The notes under the pieces were generated by a model. The model saw nothing but the letters and a program-made list of their open reading frames with translations. It made no database searches and had not been told where the DNA came from. A program made the position numbers and the translations under genes. DNA of 64,000 nucleotides. Source: Auanema rhodensis. Lineage: Eukaryota; Animalia; Nematoda. The stretch is taken from contig OZ059897.1 in the NCBI GenBank assembly GCA_964057225.1, forward strand, positions 3,906,001 through 3,970,000, given 5' to 3'. This document shows positions 12,201-27,200 of the stretch, piece after piece; positions within the stretch are counted from its first letter, which is position 1; every line of letters starts with the position of its first letter.

Positions 12201-15200
12201 TAATTTTTTCGTTGAATAACATTGTCCATCGTCTTTGCCTTGAAAAAAGGAATCTAAAAACATCTACTTTTTGTGAAATTATTTATAAATTTTTCGGGAA
12301 AATTTTTGTCAAAATGTTTTTGGAAGCAATGTTGAGTGTACATGGGAACTCAGCATACACTAATGCATTATTTTTCAAACGATCATAACTAATTTTTGTA
12401 TAGAGCGTTTCTCAATGTAGTATAGTGCATTCGATGCGGATTTTTAAGCTGCGTTGATCTGTGTTATCAGATTTGAGTTAGCTTAAAAATGCACCGAGAT
12501 ATCAACTGATATATGTTCACACTTATATCCTCGATTTTCACCCTGAAGAAATGATTTTTTCGTTGAAAAACATTGTCCATCGTATTCGTCTTGAAAAAAG
12601 GAATCTAAAAACATCTACTTTTTGTGAAATTAATTAGAAATTTTTCGGGAAAATTTTTGTCAAAATGTTTTTGGAAGCAATGTTTAGAGTACATGGGAAC
12701 TCAACATACACTAATGCATTATTTTTCAAACGATCATAACTAATTTTTGTATAGAGCGTTTCTCAATGTAGTATAGTGCTGTCGATGCGGATTTTTAAGC
12801 TGCGTTGATCTGTGTTATCAGATTTGAGTTAGCTTAAAAATGCACCGAGATATCAACTGATATATGGTCACGCTTATATCCTCGATTTTCACCCTGAAGA
12901 AATGATTTTTTCGTTGAATAACATTGTCCATCGTCTTCGTCTTGAAAAAAGGAATCTAAAAACATCTACTTTTTGTGAAATTATTTAGAAATTTTTCGGG
13001 AAAATTTTTGTCAAAATGTTTTTGGAAGCAATGTTGAGTGTACATGGGAACTCAACATACACTAATGCATTATTTTTCAAACGATCATAACTAATTTTTG
13101 TATTAAGCGTTTATCAATGTAGTATAGTGCATTCGATGCGGATTTTTAAGCTGCGTCGATCTGTGTTATCAGATTTGCGCTAGCTTGAAAATGCACCGAG
13201 ATATCAACTGATATAGGTTCACACTTATATCCTCGATTTTCACCCTGAAGAATTAATTTTTTCGTTGAATAACATTGTCCATCGTCTTTGCCTTGAAAAA
13301 AGGAATCTAAAAACATCTACTTTTTGTGAAATTATTTAGAAATTTTTCGGGAAAATTTTTGTCACAATGTTTTTGGAAGCAATGTTGAGTGTACATGGGA
13401 ACTCAGCATACACTAATGCATTATTTTTCAAACGATCATAACTAATTTTTGTATAGAGCGTTTCTCAATGTAGTATAGTGCATTCGATGCGGATTTTTAA
13501 GCTGCGTCGATCTGTGTTATCAGATTTGCGCTAGCTTGAAAATGCACCGAGATATCAACTGATATAGGTTCACACTTATATCCTCGATTTTCACCCTGAA
13601 GAATTAATTTTTTCGTTGAATAACATTGTCCATCGTCTTTGCCTTGAAAAAAGGAATCTAAAAACATCTACTTTTTGTGAAATTATTTAGAAATTTTTCG
13701 GGAAAATTTTTGTCAAAATGTTTTTGGAAGCAATGTTGAGTGTACATGGGAACTCAACATACACTAATGCATTATTTTTCAAACGATCATAACTAATTTT
13801 TGTATTAAGCGTTTATCAATGTAGTATAGTGCATTCGATGCGGATTTTTAAGCTGCGTCGATCTGTGTTATCAGATTTGCGCTAGCTTAAAAATGCACCG
13901 AGATATCAACTCATATAGGTTCACACTTATATCCTCGATTTTCACCCTGAAGAATTAATTTTTTCGTTGAATAACATTGTCCATCGTCTTTGCCTTGAAA
14001 AAAGGAATCTAAAAACATCTACTTTTTGTGAAATTATTTAGAAATTTTTCGGGAAAATTTTTGTCACAATGTTTTTGGAAGCAATGTTGAGTGTACATGG
14101 GAACTCAGCATACACTAATGCATTATTTTTCAAACGATCATAACTAATTTTTGTATAGAGCGTTTCTCAATGTAGTATAGTGCTGTCGATGCGGATTTTT
14201 AAGCTGCGTTGATCTGTGTTATCAGATTTGAGTTAGCTTAAAAATGCACCGAGATATCAACTGATATATGTTCACGCTTATATCCTCGATTTTCACACTG
14301 AAGAAATGATTTTTTCGTTGAATAACATTGTCCATCGTCTTCGTCTTGAAAAAAGGAATCTAAAAACATCTACTTTTTGTGAAATTATTTATAAATTTTT
14401 CGGGAAAATTTTTGTCAAAATGTTTTTGGAAGCAATGTTGAGTGTACATGGGAACTCAACATACACTAATGCATTATTTTTCAAACGATCATAACTAATT
14501 TTTGTATAGAGCGTTTCTCAATGTAGTATAGTGCATTCGATGCGGATTTTTAAGCTGCGTTGATCTGTGTTATCAGATTTGAGTTAGCTTAAAAATGCAC
14601 CGAGATATCAACTGATATATGTTCACACTTATATCCTCGATTTTCACCCTGAAGAAATGATTTTTTCGTTGAAAAACATTGTCCATCGTATTCGTCTTGA
14701 AAAAAGGAATCTAAAAACATCTACTTTTTGTGAAATTAATTAGAAATTTTTCGGGAAAATTTTTGTCAAAATGTTTTTGGAAGCAATGTTGAGTGTACAT
14801 GGGAACTCAACATACACTAATGCATTATTTTTCAAACGATCATAACTAATTTTTGTATAGAGCGTTTCTCAATGTAGTATAGTGCTGTCGATGCGGATTT
14901 TTAAGCTGCGTTGATCTGTGTTATCAGATTTGAGTTAGCTTAAAAATGCACCGAGATATCAACTGATATATGTTCACGCTTATATCCTCGATTTTCACAC
15001 TGAAGAAATGATTTTTTCGTTGAATAACATTGTCCATCGTCTTCGTCTTGAATAAAGGAATCTAAAAACATCTACTTTTTGTGAAATTATTTATAAATTT
15101 TTCGGGAAAATTTTTGTCAAAATGTTTTTGGAAGCAATGTTGAGTGTACATGGGAACTCAGCATACACTAATGCATTATTTTTCAAACGATCATAACTAG

Positions 15201-18200
15201 TTTTTGTATAGAGCGTTTCTCAATGTAGTATAGTGCATTCGATGCGGATTTTTAAGCTGCGTTGATCTGTGTTATCAGATTTGAGTTAGCTTAAAAATGC
15301 ACCGAGATATCAACTGATATATGTTCACGCTTATATCCTCGATTTTCACCCTGAAGAAATGATTTTTTTCGTTGAATAACATTGTCCATCGTCTTCGTCT
15401 TGAAAAAAGGAATCTAAAAACATCTACTTTTTGTGAAATTATTTATAAATTTTTCGGGAAAATTTTTGTCAAAATGTTTTTGGAAGCAATGTTGAGTGTA
15501 CATGGGAACTCAACATACACTAATGCATTATTTTTCAAACGATCATAACTAATTTTTGTATAGAGCGTTTCTCAATGTAGTATAGTGCTGTCGATGCGGA
15601 TTTTTAAGCTGCGTTGATCTGTGTTATCAGATTTGAGTTAGCTTAAAAATGCACCGAGATATCAACTGATATATGTTCACGCTTATATCCTCGATTTTCA
15701 CACTGAAGAAATGATTTTTTCGTTGAATAACATTGTCCATCGTCTTCGTCTTGAAAAAAGGAATCTAAAAACATCTACTTTTTGTGAAATTATTTATAAA
15801 TTTTTCGGGAAAATTTTTGTCAAAATGTTTTTGGAAGCAATGTTGAGTGTACATGGGAACTCAGCATACACTAATGCATTATTTTTCAAACGATCATAAC
15901 TAATTTTTGTATAGAGCGTTTCTCAATGTAGTATAGTGCATTCGATGCGGATTTTTAAGCTGCGTTGATCTGTGTTATCAGATTTGAGTTAGCTTAAAAA
16001 TGCACCGAGATATCAACTGATATATGTTCACACTTATATCCTCGATTTTCACCCTGAAGAAATGATTTTTTCGTTGAAAAACATTGTCCATCGTATTCGT
16101 CTTGAAAAAAGGAATCTAAAAACATCTACTTTTTGTGAAATTAATTAGAAATTTTTCGGGAAAATTTTTGTCAAAATGTTTTTGGAAGCAATGTTTAGTG
16201 TACATGGGAACTCAACATACACTAATGCATTATTTTTCAAACGATCATAACTAATTTTTGTATAGAGCGTTTCTCAATGTAGTATAGTGCTGTCGATGCG
16301 GATTTTTAAGCTGCGTTGATCTGTGTTATCAGATTTGAGTTAGCTTAAAAATGCACCGAGATATCAACTGATATATGGTCACGCTTATATCCTCGATTTT
16401 CACCCTGAAGAAATGATTTTTTCGTTGAATAACATTGTCCATCGTCTTCGTCTTGAAAAAAGGAATCTAAAAACATCTACTTTTTGTGAAATTATTTAGA
16501 AATTTTTCGGGAAAATTTTTGTCAAAATGTTTTTCGAAGCAATGTTGAGTGTACATGGGAACTCAACATACACTAATGCATTATTTTTCAAACGATCATA
16601 ACTAATTTTTGTATTAAGCGTTTATCAATGTAGTATAGTGCATTCGATGCGGATTTTTAAGCTGCGTTGATCTGTGTTATCAGATTTGAGTTAGCTTAAA
16701 AATGCACCGAGATATCAACTGATATATGTTCACGCTTATATCCTCGATTTTCACCCTGAAGAAATGATTTTTTCGTTGAATAACATTGTCCATCGTCTTC
16801 GTCTTGAAAAAAGGAATCTAAAAACATCTACTTTTTGTGAAATTATTTAGAAATTTTTCGGGAAAATTTTTGTCAAAATGTTTTTGGAAGCAATGTTGAG
16901 TGTACATGGGAACTCAACATACACTAATGCATTATTTTTCAAACGATCATAACTAATTTTTGTATTAAGCGTTTATCAATGTAGTATAGTGCTGTCGATG
17001 CGGATTTTTAAGCTGCGTTGATCTGTGTTATCAGATTTGAGTTAGCTTAAAAATGCACCGAGATATCAACTGATATAGGTTCACACTTATATCCTCGATT
17101 TTCACCCTGAAGAATTAATTTTTTCGTTGAATAACATTGTCCATCGTCTTTGCCTTGAAAAAAGGAATCTAAAAACATCTACTTTTTGTGAAATTATTTA
17201 GAAATTTTTCGGGAAAATTTTTGTCAAAATGTTTTTGGAAGCAATGTTGAGTGTACATGGGAACTCAACATACACTAATGCATTATTTTTCAAACGATCA
17301 TAACTAATTTTTGTATAGAGCGTTTCTCAATGTAGTATAGTGCATTCGATGCGGATTTTTAAGCTGCGTTGATCTGTGTTATCAGATTTGAGTTATCTTA
17401 AAAATGCACCGAGATATCAACTGATATATGTTCACGCTTATATCCTCGATTTTCACCCTGAAGAAATGATTTTTTCGTTGAATAACATTTACCATCGTCT
17501 TCGTCTTGAAAAAAGGAATCTAAAAACATCTACTTTTTGTGAAATTATTTAGAAATTTTTCGGGAAAATTTTTGTCAAAATGTTTTTGGAAGCAATGTTG
17601 AGTGTACATGGGAACTCAACATACACTAATGCATTATTTTTCAAACGATCATAACTAATTTTTGTATTAAGCGTTTATCAATGTAGTATAGTGCATTCGA
17701 TGCGGATTTTTAAGCTGCGTTGATCTGTGTTATCAGATTTGAGTTAGCTTAAAAATGCACCGAGATATCAACTGATATATGTTCACGCTTATATCCTCGA
17801 TTTTCACCCTGAAGAAATGATTTTTTTCGTTGAATAACATTGTCCATCGTCTTCGTCTTGAAAAAAGGAATCTAAAAACATCTACTTTTTGTGAAATTAT
17901 TTAGAAATTTTTCGGGAAAATTTTTGTCACAATGTTTTTGGAAGCAATGTTGAGTGTACATGGGAACTCAGCATACACTAATGCATTATTTTTCAAACGA
18001 TCATAACTAATTTTTGTATTAAGCGTTTATCAATGTAGTATAGTGCATTCGATGCGGATTTTTAAGCTGCGTTGATCTGTGTTATCAGATTTGAGTTAGC
18101 TTAAAAATGCACCGAGATATCAACTGATATATGTTCACGCTTATATCCTCGATTTTCACCCTGAAGAAATGATTTTTTCGTTGAATAACATTGTCCATCG

Positions 18201-21200
18201 TCTTCGTCTTGAAAAAAGGAATCTAAAAACATCTACTTTTTGTGAAATTATTTAGAAATTTTTCGGGAAAATTTTTGTCAAAATGTTTTTGGAAGCAATG
18301 TTGAGTGTACATGGGAACTCAACATACACTAATGCATTATTTTTCAAACGATCATAACTAATTTTTGTATTAAGCGTTTATCAATGTAGTATAGTGCATT
18401 CGATGCGGATTTTTAAGCTGCGTCGATCTCTGTTATCAGATTTGCGCTAGCTTGGAAATGCACCGAGATATCAACTGATATAGGTTCACACTTATATCCT
18501 CGATTTTCACCCTGAAGAATTAATTTTTTCGTTGAATAACATTGTCCATCGTCTTTGCCTTGAAAAAAGGAATCTAAAAACATCTACTTTTTGTGAAATT
18601 ATTTAGAAATTTTTCGGGAAAATTTTTGTCACAATGTTTTTGGAAGCAATGTTGAGTGTACATGGGAACTCAGCATACACTAATGCATTATTTTTCAAAC
18701 GATCATAACTAATTTTTGTATAGAGCGTTTCTCAATGTAGTATAGTGCTGTCGATGCGGATTTTTAAGCTGCGTTGATCTGTGTTATCAGATTTGAGTTA
18801 GCTTAAAAATGCACCGAGATATCAACTGATATAGGTTCACACTTATATCCTCGATTTTCACCCTGAAGAATTAATTTTTTCGTTGAATAACATTGTCCAT
18901 CGTCTTTGCCTTGAAAAAAGGAATCTAAAAACATCTACTTTTTGTGAAATTATTTAGAAATTTTTCGGGAAAATTTTTGTCAAAATGTTTTTGGAAGCAA
19001 TGTTGAGTGTACATGGGAACTCAACATACACTAATGCATTATTTTTCAAACGATCATAACTAATTTTTGTATAGAGCGTTTCTCAATGTAGTATAGTGCA
19101 TTCGATGCGGATTTTTAAGCTGCGTTGATCTGTGTTATCAGATTTGAGTTATCTTAAAAATGCACCGAGATATCAACTGATATATGTTCACGCTTATATC
19201 CTCGATTTTCACCCTGAAGAAATGATTTTTTCGTTGAATAACATTTACCATCGTCTTCGTCTTGAAAAAAGGAATCTAAAAACATCTACTTTTTGTGAAA
19301 TTATTTAGAAATTTTTCGGGAAAATTTTTGTCAAAATGTTTTTGGAAGCAATGTTGAGTGTACATGGGAACTCAACATACACTAATGCATTATTTTTCAA
19401 ACGATCATAACTAATTTTTGTATTAAGCGTTTATCAATGTAGTATAGTGCATTCGATGCGGATTTTTAAGCTGCGTTGATCTGTGTTATCAGATTTGAGT
19501 TAGCTTAAAAATGCACCGAGATATCAACTGATATATGTTCACGCTTATATCCTCGATTTTCACCCTGAAGAAATGATTTTTTCGTTGAATAACATTGTCC
19601 ATCGTCTTCGTCTTGAAAAAAGGAATCTAAAAACATCTACTTTTTGTGAAATTATTTAGAAATTTTTCGGGAAAATTTTTGTCAAAATGTTTTTGGAAGC
19701 AATGTTGAGTGTACATGGGAACTCAACATACACTAATGCATTATTTTTCAAACGATCATAACTAATTTTTGTATTAAGCGTTTATCAATGTAGTATAGTG
19801 CATTCGATGCGGATTTTTAAGCTGCGTCGATCTGTGTTATCAGATTTGCGCTAGCTTAAAAATGCACCGAGATATCAACTCATATAGGTTCACACTTATA
19901 TCCTCGATTTTCACCCTGAAGAATTAATTTTTTCGTTGAATAACATTGTCCATCGTCTTTGCCTTGAAAAAAGGAATCTAAAAACATCTACTTTTTGTGA
20001 AATTATTTAGAAATTTTTCGGGAAAATTTTTGTCACAATGTTTTTGGAAGCAATGTTGAGTGTACATGGGAACTCAGCATACACTAATGCATTATTTTTC
20101 AAACGATCATAACTAATTTTTGTATAGAGCGTTTCTCAATGTAGTATAGTGCTGTCGATGCGGATTTTTAAGCTGCGTTGATCTGTGTTATCAGATTTGA
20201 GTTAGCTTAAAAATGCACCGAGATATCAACTGATATATGTTCACGCTTATATCCTCGATTTTCACACTGAAGAAATGATTTTTTCGTTGAATAACATTGT
20301 CCATCGTCTTCGTCTTGAAAAAAGGAATCTAAAAACATCTACTTTTTGTGAAATTATTTATAAATTTTTCGGGAAAATTTTTGTCAAAATGTTTTTGGAA
20401 GCAATGTTGAGTGTACATGGGAACTCAACATACACTAATGCATTATTTTTCAAACGATCATAACTAATTTTTGTATAGAGCGTTTCTCAATGTAGTATAG
20501 TGCATTCGATGCGGATTTTTAAGCTGCGTTGATCTGTGTTATCAGATTTGAGTTAGCTTAAAAATGCACCGAGATATCAACTGATATATGTTCACACTTA
20601 TATCCTCGATTTTCACCCTGAAGAAATGATTTTTTCGTTGAAAAACATTGTCCATCGTATTCGTCTTGAAAAAAGGAATCTAAAAACATCTACTTTTTGT
20701 GAAATTAATTAGAAATTTTTCGGGAAAATTTTTGTCAAAATGTTTTTGGAAGCAATGTTGAGTGTACATGGGAACTCAACATACACTAATGCATTATTTT
20801 TCAAACGATCATAACTAATTTTTGTATAGAGCGTTTCTCAATGTAGTATAGTGCTGTCGATGCGGATTTTTAAGCTGCGTTGATCTGTGTTATCAGATTT
20901 GAGTTAGCTTAAAAATGCACCGAGATATCAACTGATATATGTTCACGCTTATATCCTCGATTTTCACACTGAAGAAATGATTTTTTCGTTGAATAACATT
21001 GTCCATCGTCTTCGTCTTGAAAAAAGGAATCTAAAAACATCTACTTTTTGTGAAATTATTTATAAATTTTTCGGGAAAATTTTTGTCAAAATGTTTTTGG
21101 AAGCAATGTTGAGTGTACATGGGAACTCAGCATACACTAATGCATTATTTTTCAAACGATCATAACTAGTTTTTGTATAGAGCGTTTCTCAATGTAGTAT

Positions 21201-24200
21201 AGTGCATTCGATGCGGATTTTTAAGCTGCGTTGATCTGTGTTATCAGATTTGAGTTAGCTTAAAAATGCACCGAGATATCAACTGATATATGTTCACGCT
21301 TATATCCTCGATTTTCACCCTGAAGAAATGATTTTTTTCGTTGAATAACATTGTCCATCGTCTTCGTCTTGAAAAAAGGAATCTAAAAACATCTACTTTT
21401 TGTGAAATTATTTATAAATTTTTCGGGAAAATTTTTGTCAAAATGTTTTTGGAAGCAATGTTGAGTGTACATGGGAACTCAACATACACTAATGCATTAT
21501 TTTTCAAACGATCATAACTAATTTTTGTATAGAGCGTTTCTCAATGTAGTATAGTGCTGTCGATGCGGATTTTTAAGCTGCGTTGATCTGTGTTATCAGA
21601 TTTGAGTTAGCTTAAAAATGCACCGAGATATCAACTGATATATGTTCACGCTTATATCCTCGATTTTCACACTGAAGAAATGATTTTTTCGTTGAATAAC
21701 ATTGTCCATCGTCTTCGTCTTGAAAAAAGGAATCTAAAAACATCTACTTTTTGTGAAATTATTTATAAATTTTTCGGGAAAATTTTTGTCAAAATGTTTT
21801 TGGAAGCAATGTTGAGTGTACATGGGAACTCAGCATACACTAATGCATTATTTTTCAAACGATCATAACTAATTTTTGTATAGAGCGTTTCTCAATGTAG
21901 TATAGTGCATTCGATGCGGATTTTTAAGCTGCGTTGATCTGTGTTATCAGATTTGAGTTAGCTTAAAAATGCACCGAGATATCAACTGATATATGTTCAC
22001 ACTTATATCCTCGATTTTCACCCTGAAGAAATGATTTTTTCGTTGAAAAACATTGTCCATCGTATTCGTCTTGAAAAAAGGAATCTAAAAACATCTACTT
22101 TTTGTGAAATTAATTAGAAATTTTTCGGGAAAATTTTTGTCAAAATGTTTTTGGAAGCAATGTTTAGTGTACATGGGAACTCAACATACACTAATGCATT
22201 ATTTTTCAAACGATCATAACTAATTTTTGTATAGAGCGTTTCTCAATGTAGTATAGTGCTGTCGATGCGGATTTTTAAGCTGCGTTGATCTGTGTTATCA
22301 GATTTGAGTTAGCTTAAAAATGCACCGAGATATCAACTGATATATGGTCACGCTTATATCCTCGATTTTCACCCTGAAGAAATGATTTTTTCGTTGAATA
22401 ACATTGTCCATCGTCTTCGTCTTGAAAAAAGGAATCTAAAAACATCTACTTTTTGTGAAATTATTTAGAAATTTTTCGGGAAAATTTTTGTCAAAATGTT
22501 TTTGGAAGCAATGTTGAGTGTACATGGGAACTCAACATACACTAATGCATTATTTTTCAAACGATCATAACTAATTTTTGTATTAAGCGTTTATCAATGT
22601 AGTATAGTGCATTCGATGCGGATTTTTAAGCTGCGTCGATCTGTGTTATCAGATTTGCGCTAGCTTGAAAATGCACCGAGATATCAACTGATATAGGTTC
22701 ACACTTATATCCTCGATTTTCACCCTGAAGAATTAATTTTTTCGTTGAATAACATTGTCCATCGTCTTTGCCTTGAAAAAAGGAATCTAAAAACATCTAC
22801 TTTTTGTGAAATTATTTAGAAATTTTTCGGGAAAATTTTTGTCACAATGTTTTTGGAAGCAATGTTGAGTGTACATGGGAACTCAGCATACACTAATGCA
22901 TTATTTTTCAAACGATCATAACTAATTTTTGTATAGAGCGTTTCTCAATGTAGTATAGTGCTGTCGATGCGGATTTTTAAGCTGCGTTGATCTGTGTTAT
23001 CAGATTTGAGTTGGCTTAAAAATGCACCGAGATATCAACTGATATATGTTCACGCTTATATCCTCGATTTTCACACTGAAGAAATGATTTTTTCGTTGAA
23101 TAACATTGTCCATCGTCTTCGTCTTGAAAAAAGGAATCTAAAAACATCTACTTTTTGTGAAATTATTTATAAATTTTTCGGGAAAATTTTTGTCAAAATG
23201 TTTTTGGAAGCAATGTTGAGTGTACATGGGAACTCAGCATACACTAATGCATTATTTTTCAAACGATCATAACTAGTTTTTGTATAGAGCGTTTCTCAAT
23301 GTAGTATAGTGCATTCGATGCGGATTTTTAAGCTGCGTTGATCTGTGTTATCAGATTTGAGTTAGCTTAAAAATGCACCGAGATATCAACTGATATATGG
23401 TCACGCTTATATCCTCGATTTTCACCCTGAAGAAATGATTTTTTCGTTGAATAACATTGTCCATCGTCTTCGTCTTGAAAAAAGGAATCTAAAAACATCT
23501 ACTTTTTGTGAAATTATTTAGAAATTTTTCGGGAAAATTTTTGTCAAAATGTTTTTGGAAGCAATGTTGAGTGTACATGGGAACTCAACATACACTAATG
23601 CATTATTTTTCAAACGATCATAACTAATTTTTGTATTAAGCGTTCATCAATGTAGTATAGTGCATTCGATGCGGATTTTTAAGCTGCGTCGATCTGTGTT
23701 ATCAGATTTGCGCTAGCTTGAAAATGCACCGAGATATCAACTGATATAGGTTCACACTTATATCCTCGATTTTCACCCTGAAGAATTAATTTTTTCGTTG
23801 AATAACATTGTCCATCGTCTTTGCCTTGAAAAAAGGAATCTAAAAACATCTACTTTTTGTGAAATTATTTAGAAATTTTTCGGGAAAATTTTTGTCACAA
23901 TGTTTTTGGAAGCAATGTTGAGTGTACATGGGAACTCAGCATACACTAATGCATTATTTTTCAAACGATCATAACTAATTTTTGTATAGAGCGTTTCTCA
24001 ATGTAGTATAGTGCTGTCGATGCGGATTTTTAAGCTGCGTTGATCTGTGTTATCAGATTTGAGTTGGCTTAAAAATGCACCGAGATATCAACTGATATAT
24101 GTTCACGCTTATATCCTCGATTTTCACACTGAAGAAATGATTTTTTCGTTGAATAACATTGTCCATCGTCTTCGTCTTGAAAAAAGGAATCTAAAAACAT

Positions 24201-27200
24201 CTACTTTTTGTGAAATTATTTATAAATTTTTCGGGAAAATATTTGTCAAAATGTTTTTGGAAGCAATGTTGAGTGTACATGGGAACTCAGCATACACTAA
24301 TGCATTATTTTTCAAACGATCATAACTAGTTTTTGTATAGAGCGTTTCTCAATGTAGTATAGTGCATTCGATGCGGATTTTTAAGCTGCGTTGATCTGTG
24401 TTATCAGATTTGAGTTAGCTTAAAAATGCACCGAGATATCAACTGATATATGTTCACACTTATATCCTCGATTTTCACCCTGAAGAAATGATTTTTTCGT
24501 TGAATAACATTGTCCATCGTCTTCGTCTTGAAAAAAGGAATCTAAAAACATCTACTTTTTGTGAAATTATTTATAAATTTTTCGGGAAAATTTTTGTCAA
24601 AATGTTTTTGGAAGCAATGTTGAGTGTACATGGGAACTCAACATACACTAATGCATTATTTTTCAAACGATCATAACTAATTTTTGTATAGAGCGTTTCT
24701 CAATGTAGTATAGTGCTGTCGATGCGGATTTTTAAGCTGCGTTGATCTGTGTTATCAGATTTGAGTTAGCTTAAAAATGCACCGAGATATCAACTGATAT
24801 ATGTTCACGCTTATATCCTCGATTTTCACACTGAAGAAATGATTTTTTCGTTGAATAACATTGTCCATCGTCTTCGTCTTGAAAAAAGGAATCTAAAAAC
24901 ATCTACTTTTTGTGAAATTATTTATAAATTTTTCGGGAAAATTTTTGTCAAAATGTTTTTGGAAGCAATGTTGAGTGTACATGGGAACTCAGCATACACT
25001 AATGCATTATTTTTCAAACGATCATAACTAATTTTTGTATAGAGCGTTTCTTAATGTAGTATAGTGCATTCGATGCGGATTTTTAAGCTGCGTTGATCTG
25101 TGTTATCAGATTTGAGTTATCTTAAAAATGCACCGAGATATCAACTGATATATGTTCACGCTTATATCCTCGATTTTCACCCTGAAGAAATGATTTTTTC
25201 GTTGAATAACATTCACCATCGTCTTCGTCTTGAAAAAAGAAATCTAAAAACATCTACTTTTTGTGAAATTATTTAGAAATTTTTCGGGAAAATTTTTGTC
25301 AAAATGTTTTTCGAAGCAATGTTGAGTGTACATGGGAACTCAACATACACTAATGCATTATTTTTCAAACGATCATAACTAATTTTTGTATTAAGCGTTT
25401 ATCAATGTAGTATAATGCATTCGATGCGGATTTTTAAGCTGCGTCGATCTCTGTTATCAGATTTGCGCTAGCTTGGAAATGCACCGAGATATCAACTGAT
25501 ATAGGTTCACACTTATATCCTCGATTTTCACCCTGAAGAATTAATTTTTTCGTTGAATAACATTGTCCATCGTCTTTGCCTTGAAAAAAGGAATCTAAAA
25601 ACATCTACTTTTTGTGAAATTATTTAGAAATTTTTCGGGAAAATTTTTGTCACAATGTTTTTGGAAGCAATGTTGAGTGTACATGGGAACTCAGCATACA
25701 CTAATGCATTATTTTTCAAACGATCATAACTAATTTTTGTATAGAGCGTTTCTCAATGTAGTATAGTGCTGTCGATGCGGATTTTTAAGCTGCGTTGATC
25801 TGTGTTATCAGATTTGAGTTAGCTTAAAAATGCACCGAGATATCAACTGATATAGGTTCACACTTATATCCTCGATTTTCACCCTGAAGAATTAATTTTT
25901 TCGTTGAATAACATTGTCCATCGTCTTTGCCTTGAAAAAAGGAATCTAAAAACATCTACTTTTTGTGAAATTATTTAGAAATTTTTCGGGAAAATTTTTG
26001 TCAAAATGTTTTTGGAAGCAATGTTGAGTGTACATGGGAACTCAACATACACTAATGCATTATTTTTCAAACGATCATAACTAATTTTTGTATAGAGCGT
26101 TTCTCAATGTAGTATAGTGCATTCGATGCGGATTTTTAAGCTGCGTTGATCTGTGTTATTAGATTTGAGTTATCTTAAAAATGCACCGAGATATCAACTG
26201 ATATATGTTCACGCTTATATCCTCGATTTTCACCCTGAAGAAATGATTTTTTCGTTGAATAACATTTACCATCGTCTTCGTCTTGAAAAAAGGAATCTAA
26301 AAACATCTACTTTTTGTGAAATTATTTAGAAATTTTTCGGGAAAATTTTTGTCAAAATGTTTTTGGAAGCAATGTTGAGTGTACATGGGAACTCAACATA
26401 CACTAATGCATTATTTTTCAAACGATCATAACTAATTTTTGTATTAAGCGTTTATCAATGTAGTATAGTGCATTCGATGCGGATTTTTAAGCTGCGTTGA
26501 TCTGTGTTATCAGATTTGAGTTAGCTTAAAAATGCACCGAGATATCAACTGATATATGTTCACGCTTATATCCTCGATTTTCACCCTGAAGAAATGATTT
26601 TTTCGTTGAATAACATTGTCCATCGTCTTCGTCTTGAAAAAAGGAATCTAAAAACATCTACTCTTTGTGAAATTATTTAGAAATTTTTCGGGAAAATTTT
26701 TGTCAAAATGTTTTTGGAAGCAATGTTGAGTGTACATGGGAACTCAACATACACTAATGCATTATTTTTCAAACGATCATAACTAATTTTTGTATTAAGC
26801 GTTTATCAATGTAGTATAGTGCATTCGATGCGGATTTTTAAGCTGCGTCGATCTGTGTTATCAGATTTGCGCTAGCTTAAAAATGCACCGAGATATCAAC
26901 TCATATAGGTTCACACTTATATCCTCGATTTTCACCCTGAAGAATTAATTTTTTCGTTGAATAACATTGTCCATCGTCTTTGCCTTGAAAAAAGGAATCT
27001 AAAAACATCTACTTTTTGTGAAATTATTTAGAAATTTTTCGGGAAAATTTTTGTCACAATGTTTTTGGAAGCAATGTTGAGTGTACATGGGAACTCAGCA
27101 TACACTAATGCATTATTTTTCAAACGATCATAACTAATTTTTGTATAGAGCGTTTCTCAATGTAGTATAGTGCTGTCGATGCGGATTTTTAAGCTGCGTT